Below are positions 12,926 through 26,036 of a stretch of 64,000 bases of DNA, in pieces. Numbering within the stretch: position 1 is the stretch's first letter; each line of letters starts with the position of its first letter. The notes beneath the pieces were generated by a model. The model worked only from the letters and a program-made list of their open reading frames with translations, was not told the origin of the DNA and searched no databases. The translations under genes and the position numbers were made by a program. Location of the stretch: the NCBI GenBank assembly GCA_039621445.1, contig CP154954.1:16386140-16450139 (forward strand). The letters are read 5' to 3'. The stretch is from Euglena gracilis (lineage: Eukaryota).

Positions 12926-15900
12926 TATGGCGCAACAGCCCATCGTGGCCCCTGAGGACGTCCAATGCAGATGAAGGAGTCATTCAGCAGACGCCCGAGT
13001 CCCGGCGGCATTCACCTGACTGAACCCGACTGAAATCAGTGGTCACGAGGAGCGAGCGGACGGGTGTCGGGTGGAACTGCGGCAGCAGAGGCGGGGAAAG
13101 TCTGCGTGCTGTGGTACGACAACTTTTGGAAGCACCAGATGCGCTCCACCCTTTCGAACCTGTCCGCACCCAGGACTGCACTGGCCATCCCGGAGTACCC
13201 AAAGTGCCCTTCCATGGAGAGGGTGCTGTGCTACGTCCCGCTGGTGGCCAGGCGCCCAGTGCAGAAGCACCAGGTGCGCTCCACCCTTTCGAACCTGTCC
13301 GCACCCAGGACTGCACCGCCTAGCCATCGTGGCCATCGTGCAGACGACCCTGGTGGCCATCCCGGAGTACCCAAAGTGCCCTTCCGTGGAGAGGGTGCTG
13401 TGCTACGTCCCGCTGGTGGCCAGGCGCCCAGTGCAATCAGTCCTGGCGGACTTCGTGCAGCATCACCAACATCGCTGTGTCCCCGCTGGATGGCAAAGCG
13501 TGGACGTTCCCAATCAGTACACTCAGGACTTTGTTTCTTCTTTCTCATGCCATATGCCGTGAAAAACAATAATTTTCAGTGGATTGCTAGCAGAATTGCA
13601 GATGTGCAAGCTTTGTGGTATCAATTGGTTTGGGCAATTGTCTTTACAAGTCTTCACAGGCACCGTTTGCGCAATTGTGATTCTAATGTTTCAACAAATG
13701 TCTGGGTTAGGAGTCAGTTCGAGTAAGGGATGGCACGACAACAAAATCTGAATCCTGCCTTTTTGGGGGGTTGCCTCCGCGTCTCCACAGAGGCTCCGCG
13801 AAGGCTCCAAACGACCAGCCTCCACAGCGGCTCCTCAGAGGCTCTGTGGAGGCTCAGATGACCAATTTGCCAGAGCATGGCAAGACACATGGAAATGAAC
13901 GGGAAGATCTCAAAAAAATGGAACGCAAAAAGACATTTGAGCCTCACCTTGCACAGAGTAGTGATGCCATTTTTGTTCTGGGGGGGCATCCCCTCCCCCA
14001 GACGAGGCCGGTGTCAAAAAATGACGCCAAAAAAGGAGCCAACAAAAATGAATTGTATGCCAAAAACTTGGCATTCAATGAGGTCCAAGAGTGGGGTGAC
14101 AGGGGGGGGTGGCAGCGAAGGGTGTGTGTGGGGTGGCAGCAGGGGGGGGGGGGCGAGGTGTGGGGGGTGTGGAGGGGGGGGGTACTGTGGGTGCACCACT
14201 TCACGCCATCTCTCACTTTGAGCTCGAGCCAAAAAAAAAATAACAACAAACCCGCCCCCAAAAAGGCCGAGGGATGATGCCCCAGGGACCATTACAAGCC
14301 GAAAAAGATTGCACACACACGCACACACGAACATTACTCCCGTTTGATAAATCTTTTCTGTGGAATTTTCGATACTGCGGGCAAAAATCATAAACTTTCG
14401 ATCGAGGGGGAGGTGTGGGAGGTCGATGCTGCTGGTTTCGTTCAGGTTCGGTCACACAAAAGAGCGACCCTGAAAAAGCAGTGGCGGGCTCGGGGCCCAT
14501 TTTCCCTTTGAAACAGCCAACCTTTGCCATCGCTCCCCAACCATTTACCAAGCAAAACGATGCCTTGGGTCGTTAACACTCGGGGAACAGGAAAAAAGGC
14601 CGAGAAATGATGCCCCAGGGCCCATTATAAGCCAACAAAAAAATTGCACACGCACTCACACCGCACATTACTCCTATTTGACAAACCTTTTCTGTGGAAT
14701 TTCCCCCTGAGTGCCCCCCCCCCTGGGTCCAACCTTCAAGAAATCCCTGATTTAACAAGGAATCTGATTTTCCAAACCGCCCTTTCAGCTGTCCAGATTC
14801 GACTTGCTTGCTGCTTTATGAATCAGGGCAAGGATGATTATGCCATGGATTAGATAGGATTAAATGTGGCATCGACCGACAATCCTGAACGTAACCCAAA
14901 CCCTAGCTCAAACCAAACCCCAACCTGAGGACCCTTAAACCAGGTCCCCACCTGCTGGTGAGGTCCTGGCGTGGTCAATTGCCCTTTTTCTGCAGTGGAA
15001 AGCAGTACTCTTCCATTCACTTGCAAATTTTCTTCCGTTTTGCACAATTTTTTTTGCATTTTTGGAAGAGTTTTGCATTTGCATGGTTTTTTGTGTGTTT
15101 TTCCCTTTAATTCTTTTTTCCCAACATTCTCATTTTTTATTTTTCAGGATTTTTCTTTGCATGTTTTAGCACACTTTTGCACGCTTTTTTCCCTGAAGAT
15201 GTCCAAAAGACAGATACAGACACTCAGACACACATATTGACAAACAAACAAACATCCAGGCAGAGATGGGAAAATCCGTGATATTTTTGCGGAGAGAAAC
15301 TGGTCAAAACAGCATTCATTCATTCATTTCATAAAAACTGCAAAAAAAATCAGCTAATTGAGGTTTTGCAACTACAAAAAATCTTCAGAGTCCCCTCACA
15401 GAGGTGGGGAGCTTCATAGATCAGGGCTATAATGGGGAGTTGGCGCCCTCACCATAACTAAAATGTATTGCACGTGTTGAGAGCTGCCCTAGATTCACCC
15501 AATATAAAGATTGTGGGTGCGACATGGCTCAGCGGAAGGATAACACTCCATGGCAGCAACCATCCTGTAGCAGCGGTTGCCGACTTCTGCTGGCAATCAG
15601 GGATGGGACAATCCAAAAGCAAGAGCAGACCCTGAAACAAACGAGGAGAGTGGGGCAACCTGTGAATGTCCAATGCTCTCAGGCAATTGGGCTCCTTAGG
15701 TAAGTCCCAATTTGTTTCTTGTATATCCTTGTATAAAATCCTTGTATACAGATGAAAAATCTTAACATATTCAATAAATCTACAGTGTGCCCGGTAAATT
15801 ATCAATTTTCGGGAAACTGTCACCTGTCAAATCAGTGAGTACAGAGGGAGGTGAAAGGTCCCTATAAAGATAGGTCAAGGGTGCAGTGCTTGTCCGGGTA

Positions 15901-16075
15901 GCCAACACAAAAATCCGAAAATGTGGTTTTTCCACACATTTGCGATCAGCAGCCACAGAAATGCAAGCAATTTTTTTCGACTCGGGAAATGTGATTTTTC
16001 AACAAGAATGTGAAAAATCTCAAAAAATATAGGTACAGGTCTGCCTGCCCCATCCCATAACCCCCCCACTTATAC

Positions 16076-16523
16076 CAGGGGGGGAAATGCAACTTGGCCC
16101 TGCAAATTATGCAAGTCAAAAAAAATGCAAAAAAATGCAAAAAAAATGCAAAAAAAATGCAACTTGCATGAAAACCTTGAGAAAAAGCTGGAATATGACA
16201 GAGCTTTGCTGCCTAAAATCAAAAAAATTTCCAGGGCAAAATATTTTATGCAAAAAAAAAAAACGCAAAAAATGCAAAAAAAATCCAAACATATGCCAAC
16301 CAACTACAAAATTTTTTTCAAGGGCAAAATATTTTATGAAAAAAAAGGCAAAAAAAATGCAAAAAATTCCAAACATACGGCAACCAACCAACTACAAAAA
16401 ATTTTTCCAGGGCAAAATATTTTATGCAAAAAATGCAAAAAAAAAAGCATAAAAATGCAAATTTCAGGAAAACCTGATTATGCAAAAAAATGCAAATTAT
16501 GCAAGTTGCATTCCCACACCCTG
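16076..16523. mobile_element. hAT-type MITE with A-rich internal tandem repeats
   Basis: TIR CAGGG..GGAAATGCAACTTG / CAAGTTGCATTCCCACACCCTG. Flanks share CTTATAC(C). Internal TTTCCAGGGCAAAATATTTTATG repeats. Confidence 0.8.
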
Positions 16524-16950
16524 CTTATACCCCCCCATTGGGCCCAACTACCAAACCATGACTTATAACCACCCCCAGAAGGAAAAATGAAGCAGCAACA
16601 GGGTTTGGGGAAAATTTTTTGTTTTTCCCCCGAAAACTGGCAGAAAACGGCAGAATCGGAAGCCTGCCATGCTGTTTTATGCCATAAATCAGCCACATCT
16701 CGGGGTTTGGCAGGAAGATATCGGGAAATCAAAATACCATTAGATAGGGCATTCCACGGGCTTCAATTTAGGTCTCTGGACATTTCCTCTGATTTCGCTT
16801 CATTTCCGAGATATTTTGGAAACATCGATTTTTCTGGCCCCCAAAAAAGCCCAAAATGGCCCAGAAATGGGCCGAAACTGGCCGAAAAAAATGCCGTAAC
16901 TCTATGGCTACACGCAGGGTTTGGGAAAAAAAAAAAAAAACACGGTTGGA

Positions 16951-17438
16951 TAAACCCCCCCCCAAAAATAAGACCCACCCAAAAAATAAGACCCCCCACA
17001 AAATACGACCCCCCTGGGCCGAGCGAGCCACAATCCAAAAATAAGCCCCCCCCCTAAATCAGACCCCCCCTTTACGGCGCGAAGCGCCGGGGACGGTGAA
17101 CTTTTCCCCTGAAAAATGACCAAAAAACCCAATTTCATACACAAAAATGATGAAATTTCAAAAATTTTCGGATTTTTGAAGTTCAAAAAACACGGTAAAT
17201 GTCAATTTACACTAATTTTCACATGGCGCGAAGCGCCGAGCAAAAGGAAAAAAAAAAAAAAAAAAAAAATTATAGTCCTCTTGGGAACCTGAAAAATGGT
17301 GGTTTTTTTCGGACCCGGGTCGGTCAAGAAAAAATCCAAAATAAGACCCCCCCCAAAAAAAATAATACTCCCCCTGCAGGCTTCCAGCAACGGACCCAAA
17401 AATAAGACCCAGGTCTTATTTTTTTGGGGGGGGGGTTA
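16951..17438. mobile_element. MITE (Tc1/mariner-like, AAAATAAGACC repeats)
   Basis: Inverted ends AAC(n)AAAAATAAGACC / GGTCTTATTTTTTG(n)TTA; internal GGCGCGAAGCGCC hairpins. Confidence 0.65.
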
Positions 17439-19141
17439 GGGCATTCCAAGGGCTTCATTTTTACTCTGCGGACATTTTCTTTGATTTTGCTTCATTGTCG
17501 AGATAATTTGGAAAAATCGATTTTTGACCAAAAAACGGCCCAAAAAAAACACCCAAAATGGCCATTTTGGGCCGCCGCAAAAGCGTGCCGGAACACGGGC
17601 CAGGCGTGTCGGCGGCCAAAACGGTGAAGGGGGGGGCGATGGAGGGCCTCCGGGGGAACAGTTCGTCAGACCGCATTTCCGGAAATAATATACGCTTCCT
17701 CGAGATATTTTCGAAAAATCGAATTTTTGACCGACGGGTGACCCATTTTTGGACCCTGGCGAAATGGCAGAGTCGGAAGGGGGGGCGGGGCGGGCCAATC
17801 CTACCCAGTGGGGACCCCTTCGCGGCTGAATGACTGGTGCCTCGCGGGGTTGGCGGGGTCAAACGGAGGTGATTTGGAAACTAGAAATCCAGTCGCGACT
17901 GAAAAAAAAATTCCGGGAACGGAGCTGGGATCATGGTGATAATCCGCCGGTTCCTGAGGTGGCCCCGACCCGGGGGGGGAGGGTGGGGGCGGTTCGAACC
18001 CCCCCCCATTTCCCCAGGGGTAAGCTTCGCTCTTACCCATAAAGGGATAAGAGCTCGGCGACTCCCCCCTATCACCTTCCTCATGTCTGCAGAGCTTCCC
18101 ATACAACCCTGGGGCCGGGCTGGGCCGCCCTGGCTGCCACAAGCCTCAAACGTCTGCTGCAGCATGGCACCATCAGACACATGAAGAGCTCAGCACAACA
18201 CCTGGTTTACAAGGTAGGTGGAAGGTTGCTTTGAAGGCGGTTCAGGGTTGGCACAGGGGACGTTTTCCCGGGTATGTGCGATGATGGCCCCGCACATTCC
18301 ACAGAACCAGCCCAAATCCCATCTCAGAGTTGCGCCTGGTGGATTGGTGCTTTGTCGGGCAATTGCGACTGCTTAATCCAGATTGCACCGCTGCGGGATT
18401 GCAGAAATATGGTTTGGCATCGAGTGATACAGATACAGATACAGAGACATAAAAATTGCCGAAATGTATCGCGTTTGGGCGTATTTTATTGGCTTTCTCA
18501 CAAGTGAAATCTTGGTGAAATTGGTGACCCCATCCACTGCGAACACTCCACTTGAAAGAAAAAAAAACAGGCCCTGATTTTAACCCCATTGAGCACGCGC
18601 ACCAGTTGCAGGTCGGATGTTGTGCAGTCAGAGTGTTTTCTAACCGCGAGCAAGAATTGGCAGGCTGATGTGCTTGTAGGGACTTGATGGATTTCTTTCG
18701 AGGGAGCTGGGGGTAAACCCTGGGGTTTGGCATGACCTCATTTTGAGGTGGTGCTACTCAGTTCTAAGTGCTCCACCGGTACTCGCAACTCTGAGGTTCT
18801 TCAGCATGGTTCTGTGGAGTGTGGGGTGCCATTCTTTTTTCCCATTTCTTTTTTCAGGGGATGAAAATTCTCTGTGGACGTGGGTATGAGAATTTATGGG
18901 CACGCTGGAGATAACCACACAGCTTGTCTTCCCTCTTTTTTTAAAAAATTTTCTATCCCCTTTTTTCAGAGCGTTCTGGTCTCCGAATATGATTGCGACT
19001 TTGGCCGACACCACCCATCCTTTTTAAGGCCATTTTTTTGCTCATCCAATCTTTTCTTCAACCCCAAATTCCCACCTCTGGTATGAATTTTTGCGAAAGT
19101 GCACCCCACTCCCAAGCACAATAAGCCACGATAGATGCCTA

Positions 19142-19543
19142 CATTCCCCCCCCCTTGTCCTTGACACGCCAAAATACGGGGAAAGTGCGGTTGACACGGG
19201 GGGTGTGTCATGGACACGCCGTGTCATGGGAACCGTACCACAAAACATGCAGCAAAATGATGGCCAGGTAATCTAGGCCTCGGTTTAAGGGCCCAATCAC
19301 CATAGCATCAACAATAACTCCATTGGAGCGCTCATATCTCACTAAATCACCAAACTCAAAAGAAGATAAGTTCAAAGCCATGGTTCTGTACAGAAAATGG
19401 CAACCAATTAGCTCCAGAGACGAGCTCCAGAGACGTGAAGTGTGTCAAAAATACTTTACTCTTTTTAGGTACGGGAAAAGTGCGGTTGACACGGGGGGGG
19501 GGTGTCATGGACAAGGCGTGTCAAGGACAAGGGGGGGGGAATG
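19142..19543. mobile_element. Tc1/mariner-type MITE
   Basis: TIR CATTC(n)TTGTCCTTGACACGCC / GGCGTGTCAAGGACAAG(n)AATG with TA on both sides. Related partial copies near 8790, 21490 and 27460. Confidence 0.88.
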
Positions 19544-20541
19544 TAAGATGATGTGCGACTTTTTTTGCAAGTGACCAGAGCTTTGAACCTGGTGCACCAG
19601 GAGGCTTTCGGACGCAAAAACACGATTCCAAATAATTGGTAAAAATGCTGATAATTGTGGGACCCCCCTACTCAAGGACCAGTGAAAAATACAGCACTTA
19701 ACAGGTACCCTCCCCCTCTTGTCCAAGACAAGCCAAGTGTTCAAGGAAAGTGCCCTTGACAGGGGGGGGGGTCTCAACAACCGCTGTTTCAACGGCACGA
19801 TACCATGATAATGTTTTTCTCATTGCGGTTTGATCACCCAACAACCATGGCCTCCACAAGAGGAAGATGATTGCGCGGGCTGTCGGTCCTTGGACTCAAT
19901 CACGAGGCCGCTTGGACCACGTATTGAGGGCCATCGCTAGGGTCCCTGGGCGGTTGGGAAACGAGGAAGAGCCATTGGCACTTAATTCTGGCGGGGATAC
20001 AAAAAAAGGCAGTTTCCTTGACATGAGGAGGTGCTGTGGTCCTCAATGTGTAACAGGGATGTGCAGTTCTGGCAGACAAAACCCAATTCATTGGGTGACA
20101 AAAATCCTATGAATCAGTAAATTAAAGGAACACAGATTGAAATGGTGATTCAGGAAATGAATCCATTCCTTCTTTTAACAATGCCTCCGTTACTCTGCAA
20201 GTAGTTTGAAAACCCTCCGGTATATGGCCCAAGGACCTTCAAAAGAGTACGGATTGTGCACCGTATGGTAGGCTGGCTTACTTCCGGGTGACACAGGGGG
20301 AGGCAGGCTGGGACCCATCTGAGGGGGATCAGGGGCAGGCAGACCCTCACTGCGACATCAGTTCCCCATCTTTCAGAGCATCTGCCTGGCCGCCACGTAC
20401 GTGATGCAACAGGGGTGCGTGGGAGAGGACCACGTCAGTTGCAGCTACAGCAATGCTGTGCTCTGCCCGAGATCCAATCCCATCCATACAGTTGCCTAGC
20501 AAATTGGTGCTTACGCCCAGTCATGCCACAGGTATTTGGTG

Positions 20542-20850
20542 CATGCTTGTGCTTACCGACCAGGGGGGGAGGGTGGGTGGGTGCTATAGAGTGCCTGCCC
20601 CTAGCAGGCACACCCCCCAGGGGGGGGTAGGGGTCCGGGGGGCCCAGAAAATCTTCATTGAAAATGGCCTTTCCCAGGCCCCCAGCGCCTTCGGCGCCGG
20701 GGTCAGAGGGGGGTTGCCTGCTATGGGCAGGCACCCCCCAAAACCCTAACCCCCCCTGGGGGGGGGGGTCGGATCGGGTGCCATGGGGTGCCTGCCCCTA
20801 GCACCCACCCACTCCCCCGTGGGGTAGGCACCCGACTAAGCACAAGCCTG
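20542..20850. mobile_element. hAT-type MITE
   Basis: TIR CATGCTTGTGCTTA / TAAGCACAAGCCTG. Flanks ATTTGGTG / GTTTGGTG match at 7 of 8 positions. Confidence 0.75.
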
Positions 20851-21255
20851 GTTTGGTGGGGTTCTCCCTGGGCAGGTACAAAGGGTAAACCACCAGATTT
20901 GGGACAAAAATCCAAAGGCCATGCCCCCAAAAAGAAACCAGACAAAGAGGCCAAGAGAAGGGATGAGGGTTCAAAAAAAAGGCAGTCAGGAGGGGAGGCA
21001 GGAATAAGCAACCTTGCATGTCCCCATGTCCGACCACATGAAGCAGGGATCGGGCGAGTGGAGCCGATGGGAACGCAGCGCAGTCAGCCTGGGTGCCCTC
21101 GGAGGGGGCCCATTCAGCGAATTTCTTGAGAACCCCCTCTGGCGGGGTCCAAACGGCTGGCTGGAAAAAAATGCTGGCTGGACCCCCTCATTACTTTGTT
21201 TTACTTTATTACCACTCCCCCCCCCCCCCCCGGGGGGGGGGGTCGAGTGGAAACC

Positions 21256-21290
<35 letters not shown>

Positions 21291-23271
21291 CGGCCAGCTA
21301 AACCGGACGCCCCCCCCCCCGGGATAGGGTGGGGTCCAGCTTAAGAAATTCCCTGCGCCCATTGCGGCGGGCAGCAGTCCAGCACCCCAGGGTGTGTCGG
21401 CTCTGGGGAGGGGAGGGAGCTGGCAGTCCTGTCCTCCGAAGGCAGCAAGGCTGCTAACCCCCAAGGCACAGAAATGTTCCAGGAATGTGCGTTGACACAG
21501 GGGGGGGGGGTTGTCAAGGGCACTTGTGTCAGACAAGGGGACGCTCCTTAGGGATGGGCCAGTCGAGAGCTCTTGGAATTTTCGGGAAAGGCTTTCACCA
21601 CACCGATTCTGGGTTCCCTGGCACCGCGGTGAACTTGAAACAAAATCAAAGTCCATTTTGAGCAAGAATGGCTTTGGGGAGGGTGCAAGTGGTTCGGACG
21701 CTCTTGTCTGAACGGCGGCAAGAATGCTTTCATATTCTATGCTTTCCAGGGGAACGCGGTTCCTACCACAGAAATATTTCACAGGATTTTCTCTGTACAA
21801 CAGGTTTTTGCGACTCTTAAATTGTGAACTTGTGATACCCACCACACAATTTTTTACCGACCCCCGGGGGGTAGGGGGGTCACTCCACTTTTTTAAAAAC
21901 CAGTCAGCCACTCTCTTTCGGAAAACCAGCCAGTCACTATCTATGACTGTCTATCTATGACTGCTGACTGTGTGCTGAATACTCTTGTCTGTGTGCTGCA
22001 GACCGTATGAACGTGCTCTGCTTCACACTCCCAGGGATGGGGTTTGAAAAAGCAGGGGGAGGGTCGGACCGTCCCTGCGTCAACAAGAGAGCCCGAAGCC
22101 ACATTCTCTGTGTTTTTGAACTCCCCACTGGAGATCCAGGACAAATGTGCAATACCTACTGGCATCCCAACTCCAGGTTTAGGGTTGGGGTTTTGGGTTA
22201 TTGGTTCGGGATGGGGTCAGTGTCAGGGTTAGGAAGGTTAGGGTTAGGATTCATCCCGTTAAGACTAAAATTCGACAAAAATTAGGCCTAATTCAGCTAA
22301 ATTTAGAGCCAATTTGGCCAAATTTAACTTTGGCCCTCTTCTGAACGACAATTGCAACTCTAACCCCTATTCCTAAAATGACAGAGATTTCGATAAACCA
22401 TCCAAACCCCCTTCCGTTTGTGGAAAGTGGAAAGTACCAAAGGAATCCAGACAAGCACGCCAAAGTCCTCGGAGAAACTAATTCGTCGTGACGGAGCCGC
22501 GGCAGACTGTCCGTGGCTGGTGTGGCGCCAAAGCCCTGGTTGTCTCTGAAATGTTTGAGGGACGGCAGCGGAGGAGAGGGGTTCGGTGTGAATAGATGGC
22601 TTGTTGTTTTTTCACCCGGGGTCAGTGGAAATGGATTCCCTCATTTTTTTTCGGCCCCCTGGCCACAAGAAAGGGGTATATGGCCATTTTTGGCTGTTTT
22701 TGGCCTCTTTTTCGTAATTTCAACCACTTTGGCGGCTATGGACTTAAGCTGGGGGTGGGGAGATTGGTAGTCAACCGATTCAGAAAAGCCAAGTCCACAT
22801 GCAAGTTGCACCCCTGTGGCTCGGACCATGTAAACTTCGAGTTAGCCTGCTGATATCGGGCCCCCCAAGGTCCAGAATGGAGGAAAGGACTGAAAGCCGT
22901 AGGGGGAGTTGGGGAAACGACGAGGGGGAAGAGGTCCTCTTTGTTTGGATCGGTCGGGACTTGGGTGCAGTGCTGGGCACCACGCTGCCCTCTGAAAGAC
23001 ACAGAATCCAACTCCCTGCCAACAAAAAGCCGTCTTTCGTCCCTAAGCGGGTGGCCAACGCACGAGTGTGGGGGGTCCAGAAACCCCCTTTGGTTTCATG
23101 GAGGGGACACCCACACCAACGAAACAACGGTGCGATCATCATTCGGACCCGGCGTGCAGCCCTGGTCTGAAACATAAAAAGACATACCTGAATTTCTTTG
23201 CAAAAAGCAGTTTCAGGCAAGCACCGAAAGTGTTTTAGAAGAGGGGGGGGGACGCTTGCTTCTCCGCAGCC

Positions 23272-23850
23272 CAGGGCAGAACGGGAAGGCCTGGTGGGGG
23301 GGGGTCGACTCCCCCCCACCCACCACAGCATTTTCACCGATTTCGGGAAAACGGGGATTTTGGCCAGAAAAAAATTTGAATTTTTTTGAAAAATATACCC
23401 AAAGCACATGATTTTTGATGGAAACCCACATTTTTTCACAAAAAAATCTCAAAAAATTAAGGGTTAAAAATTGGCAGTTGTTAGGAGGGGGGTGAAAAAA
23501 CCGAAGGTCAAAAAAATGGACCGAATTTTGACACAGTCAAATTTTACTGACACTTTTTCTCTTTGAATTTTTTGGACTTTCAATGGCATTTTTTGCTTCA
23601 AAAACCTCTCAAAATCAACATTTTTGAGAAAATGTTGAATTTTTGGAAGGTGTGAAAAAATGGGGTTTTGGGGGGTTTTGGGGGGGGACCCCCTATATGG
23701 GTCCCAAAATGGGTCAAAAAAACGCCCGGCGCCGGAAAATCTTTTTCGGGTCCAAAAATTGGTGCTCCCGGAAATACGGGAAGAGGTGGGGGGGAACGAC
23801 CCCCCCCCACCCACCACCCTGGCTGTTCGGCCGATTCCCGTTCTGCCCTG
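23272..23850. mobile_element. hAT-type MITE
   Basis: 16-bp perfect TIR CAGGGCAGAACGGGAA and perfect 8-bp TSD CCGCAGCC. The internal part resembles 30895-31440. Confidence 0.92.
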
Positions 23851-25779
23851 CCGCAGCCCCTGACTTTTTGCTGCAGCAGCTCAGCAGCTAGAAGAACCAA
23901 CCCATTTGTTGGCTTCAGAATCAGTGGGTCCTGCCAGCCAGCTGAAGCACCCTCACCTTTTGTCATTTGAAAGTCAGTTGTAATGATGTCTTGAGGGATC
24001 CATGACCGGAAGCGTGGACGGCACAAGGACCAGGAACACCCTGTGATAGGCCAAACTTTTCGCCTATTTTGCATTCAAATTTTGAAGAAGTGCCTTTTTC
24101 CCAAAAAGTAAACAAACTTTCAAGCACAAGGTTTGTGGCTGCCCACAGCTGACTTGGCTTTCTCAGTTTCTTCGGGCACATTGCAACTAAAATCTCAAAA
24201 AATAAGAAACTCCAAAATTAGCCCCCGAAAAAATCCACCCGTGGTGCAGCTTTTCAGCAAACAAAAAAAATACCCTGCTCTCGGGATTTTCGGAAGCGCC
24301 CTCAAAAACGGTGAGAATTCCCCAAAGTGGACAACCATTTCTTTGACATATTTTCTTTTCTGCACTTTTTGAATGCATCAAAATTGGCACCTTTTGAGGA
24401 AATTTTGGAAAATTTTGGCTCGAGGCCAAAAATTGTCCCTTTTTAGGCCTGATTTTGGACCTTCCGCAGGATGGTTTTTCAAACAAAAATTACAAAAAGT
24501 TGACTCCCAAAAATAAGCCCACCCCCCCAGGGTTTAAAAACAACGGACCCAACGTAGACCTTGGTCTTATTTGGGGGAATCGCTTCCAATTTGAATGCAC
24601 TGGCGCAAGTGATTCAAATGTTTCCACTGACGGTCGCGTGCCCGCGCTTGCTACTTACGCCAGCAATGCCCCCTCCCACTTGGTGAGTGTGATGAGCCTG
24701 CAAGATGGAGAGCGGGGGCAGACCACAGGATTCGAACCTCCAGAAAGCATCCCAAACAGTGCGTCTCCCACCCCACCAGGGGGGGGTCCCGCTCGAGAGC
24801 TGGAAAAAGTTCATACAGGCCGCTGGATCAACCCCCGGAAATAAGGTCTGCTGGTTGGAACGTGACCCGACTTGGGCTCGAACTGGACACCTCAAAAAAA
24901 ATAAAAGGCCTGAAAATCAGCAAATACACAAAAAATTGATTTTTGATTCAAATTCTGAAGTAGGAAGTCGATTTTTTACCCGTTTTACCCCTTCTTTCAC
25001 CCAAGCGCGCACCTTCGAAGGCAAAATACATTGCAGTCCAGCTGGCGTTCGGAGGGGCTGGACAAGAATTAAAATTCTCTTCATGATGGGGCCAGGGGGG
25101 GGTCGCGAGGCTGGAACCCCTTTGGTGCCAAAACCATGCAGCAGTTGCTCTGCAAACATCATCGCAAAACCAGCAACCCCCCCCCTATGCGCTTGGTCAA
25201 CATTGTATACAAGACTGGGTGTGGGGGCGAAGTTGGGGGGCACCCTCAAATGAAAAACCAAAGGCCAGACGCCAGGAAGGGAGAAAAAAAAGAAGGAAAA
25301 GAAAAAACCATTTTCCATTTTTATGTGCCTTCCATCACCAACAACTGAGCGCATAATGAGGACCTTCTGGAGAACTCTGAGGCACAACTTATAACCCCCC
25401 CTCCCCTGCACAGACGTCCCTCTTTTGGGCCGACAGAAATCCATACAGGTCCAATAACCAACCAAAGGACGATTCAGGCGGAATTCGGGTGGGGGAGAAA
25501 ATTCCAGATGTGGGAATCCCAGAAAAATCAAAATGAAACCTTCCCGATTTTGGTTTTTTGGGATTTTTTTTGCCCTCACGCCCGGAATGCTCAAATACTC
25601 CAACAGATACGTAAGGGACAACAATTCGAACAGTTGGATGGAAGGGACAACGTTGGAACAGGGGATATTTGTTGGGAATTTTGCTCAAAAAGATGGACTT
25701 TTTGCACAGAAAACTGGTGGGAGGCGGTTGAGATGAAACGTCATGGTTTGGGTAGTACCATAATCATGTGGCCTAGGTG

Positions 25780-26036
25780 CGGTTCGGGCAGCTTCGGAGC
25801 CCCGCAGCTGCAGCCACAGGTCGGACTTACCGGGGAGCTGCTGCATGAGGCTGAACGGCGCGGCCATATGGTTTGGGGGGGGGCCGGTGGCGGAGGCTAG
25901 CCGGAGAACCCTGTCAGGGGAAGAGCAGGGGTGGTTAGGCCTGAGATCTCTGGTCTCCAGGGAAACCAACGGGCTGGCACCCCGTGCCCCCTTTTTGCTA
26001 GGGGAAAGAATTGTTACCAAACCCAAACCCAAACCC
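25780..26036 (+). mobile_element. Non-LTR retroelement-like 3' fragment with (CCAAAC)n tail
   Basis: Matches 12051-12259 and, partly, 62444-62553. The copies differ at their 5' ends, and two share a short-repeat 3' tail. Confidence 0.6.

Larger units (their letters stand above)
11204..13555 (+). pseudogene. Decayed N-terminal part of an E1-family transposase, interrupted by a Tc1 element
   Basis: SRSHRRG..KILGRCVQEHFVEGYEVFVA..ELLLRDA*VLYRTVRHRDCP aligns with the 35080 ORF (THSRRRG..KVLGQLVKAHFATSYEEFVA..ELLLKDAWAVYRALRQHACP). After the Tc1 it continues as CVLWYDNFWKH..AIPEYP, matching CVLWFDNFWKR..AIPEYL at 35.6-35.7 kb. Contains stops and a ~135 bp internal duplication (13130-13435). Confidence 0.8.

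Noticed and set aside
22178-22250. Telomere-like TTAGGG repeats
   Set aside because: Only a few degenerate interstitial units, not a telomeric array.
23960-25330. Possible hAT transposase remnants on the minus strand (also 7400-7950)
   Set aside because: Only vague motif resemblance, with no termini or TSD identified.
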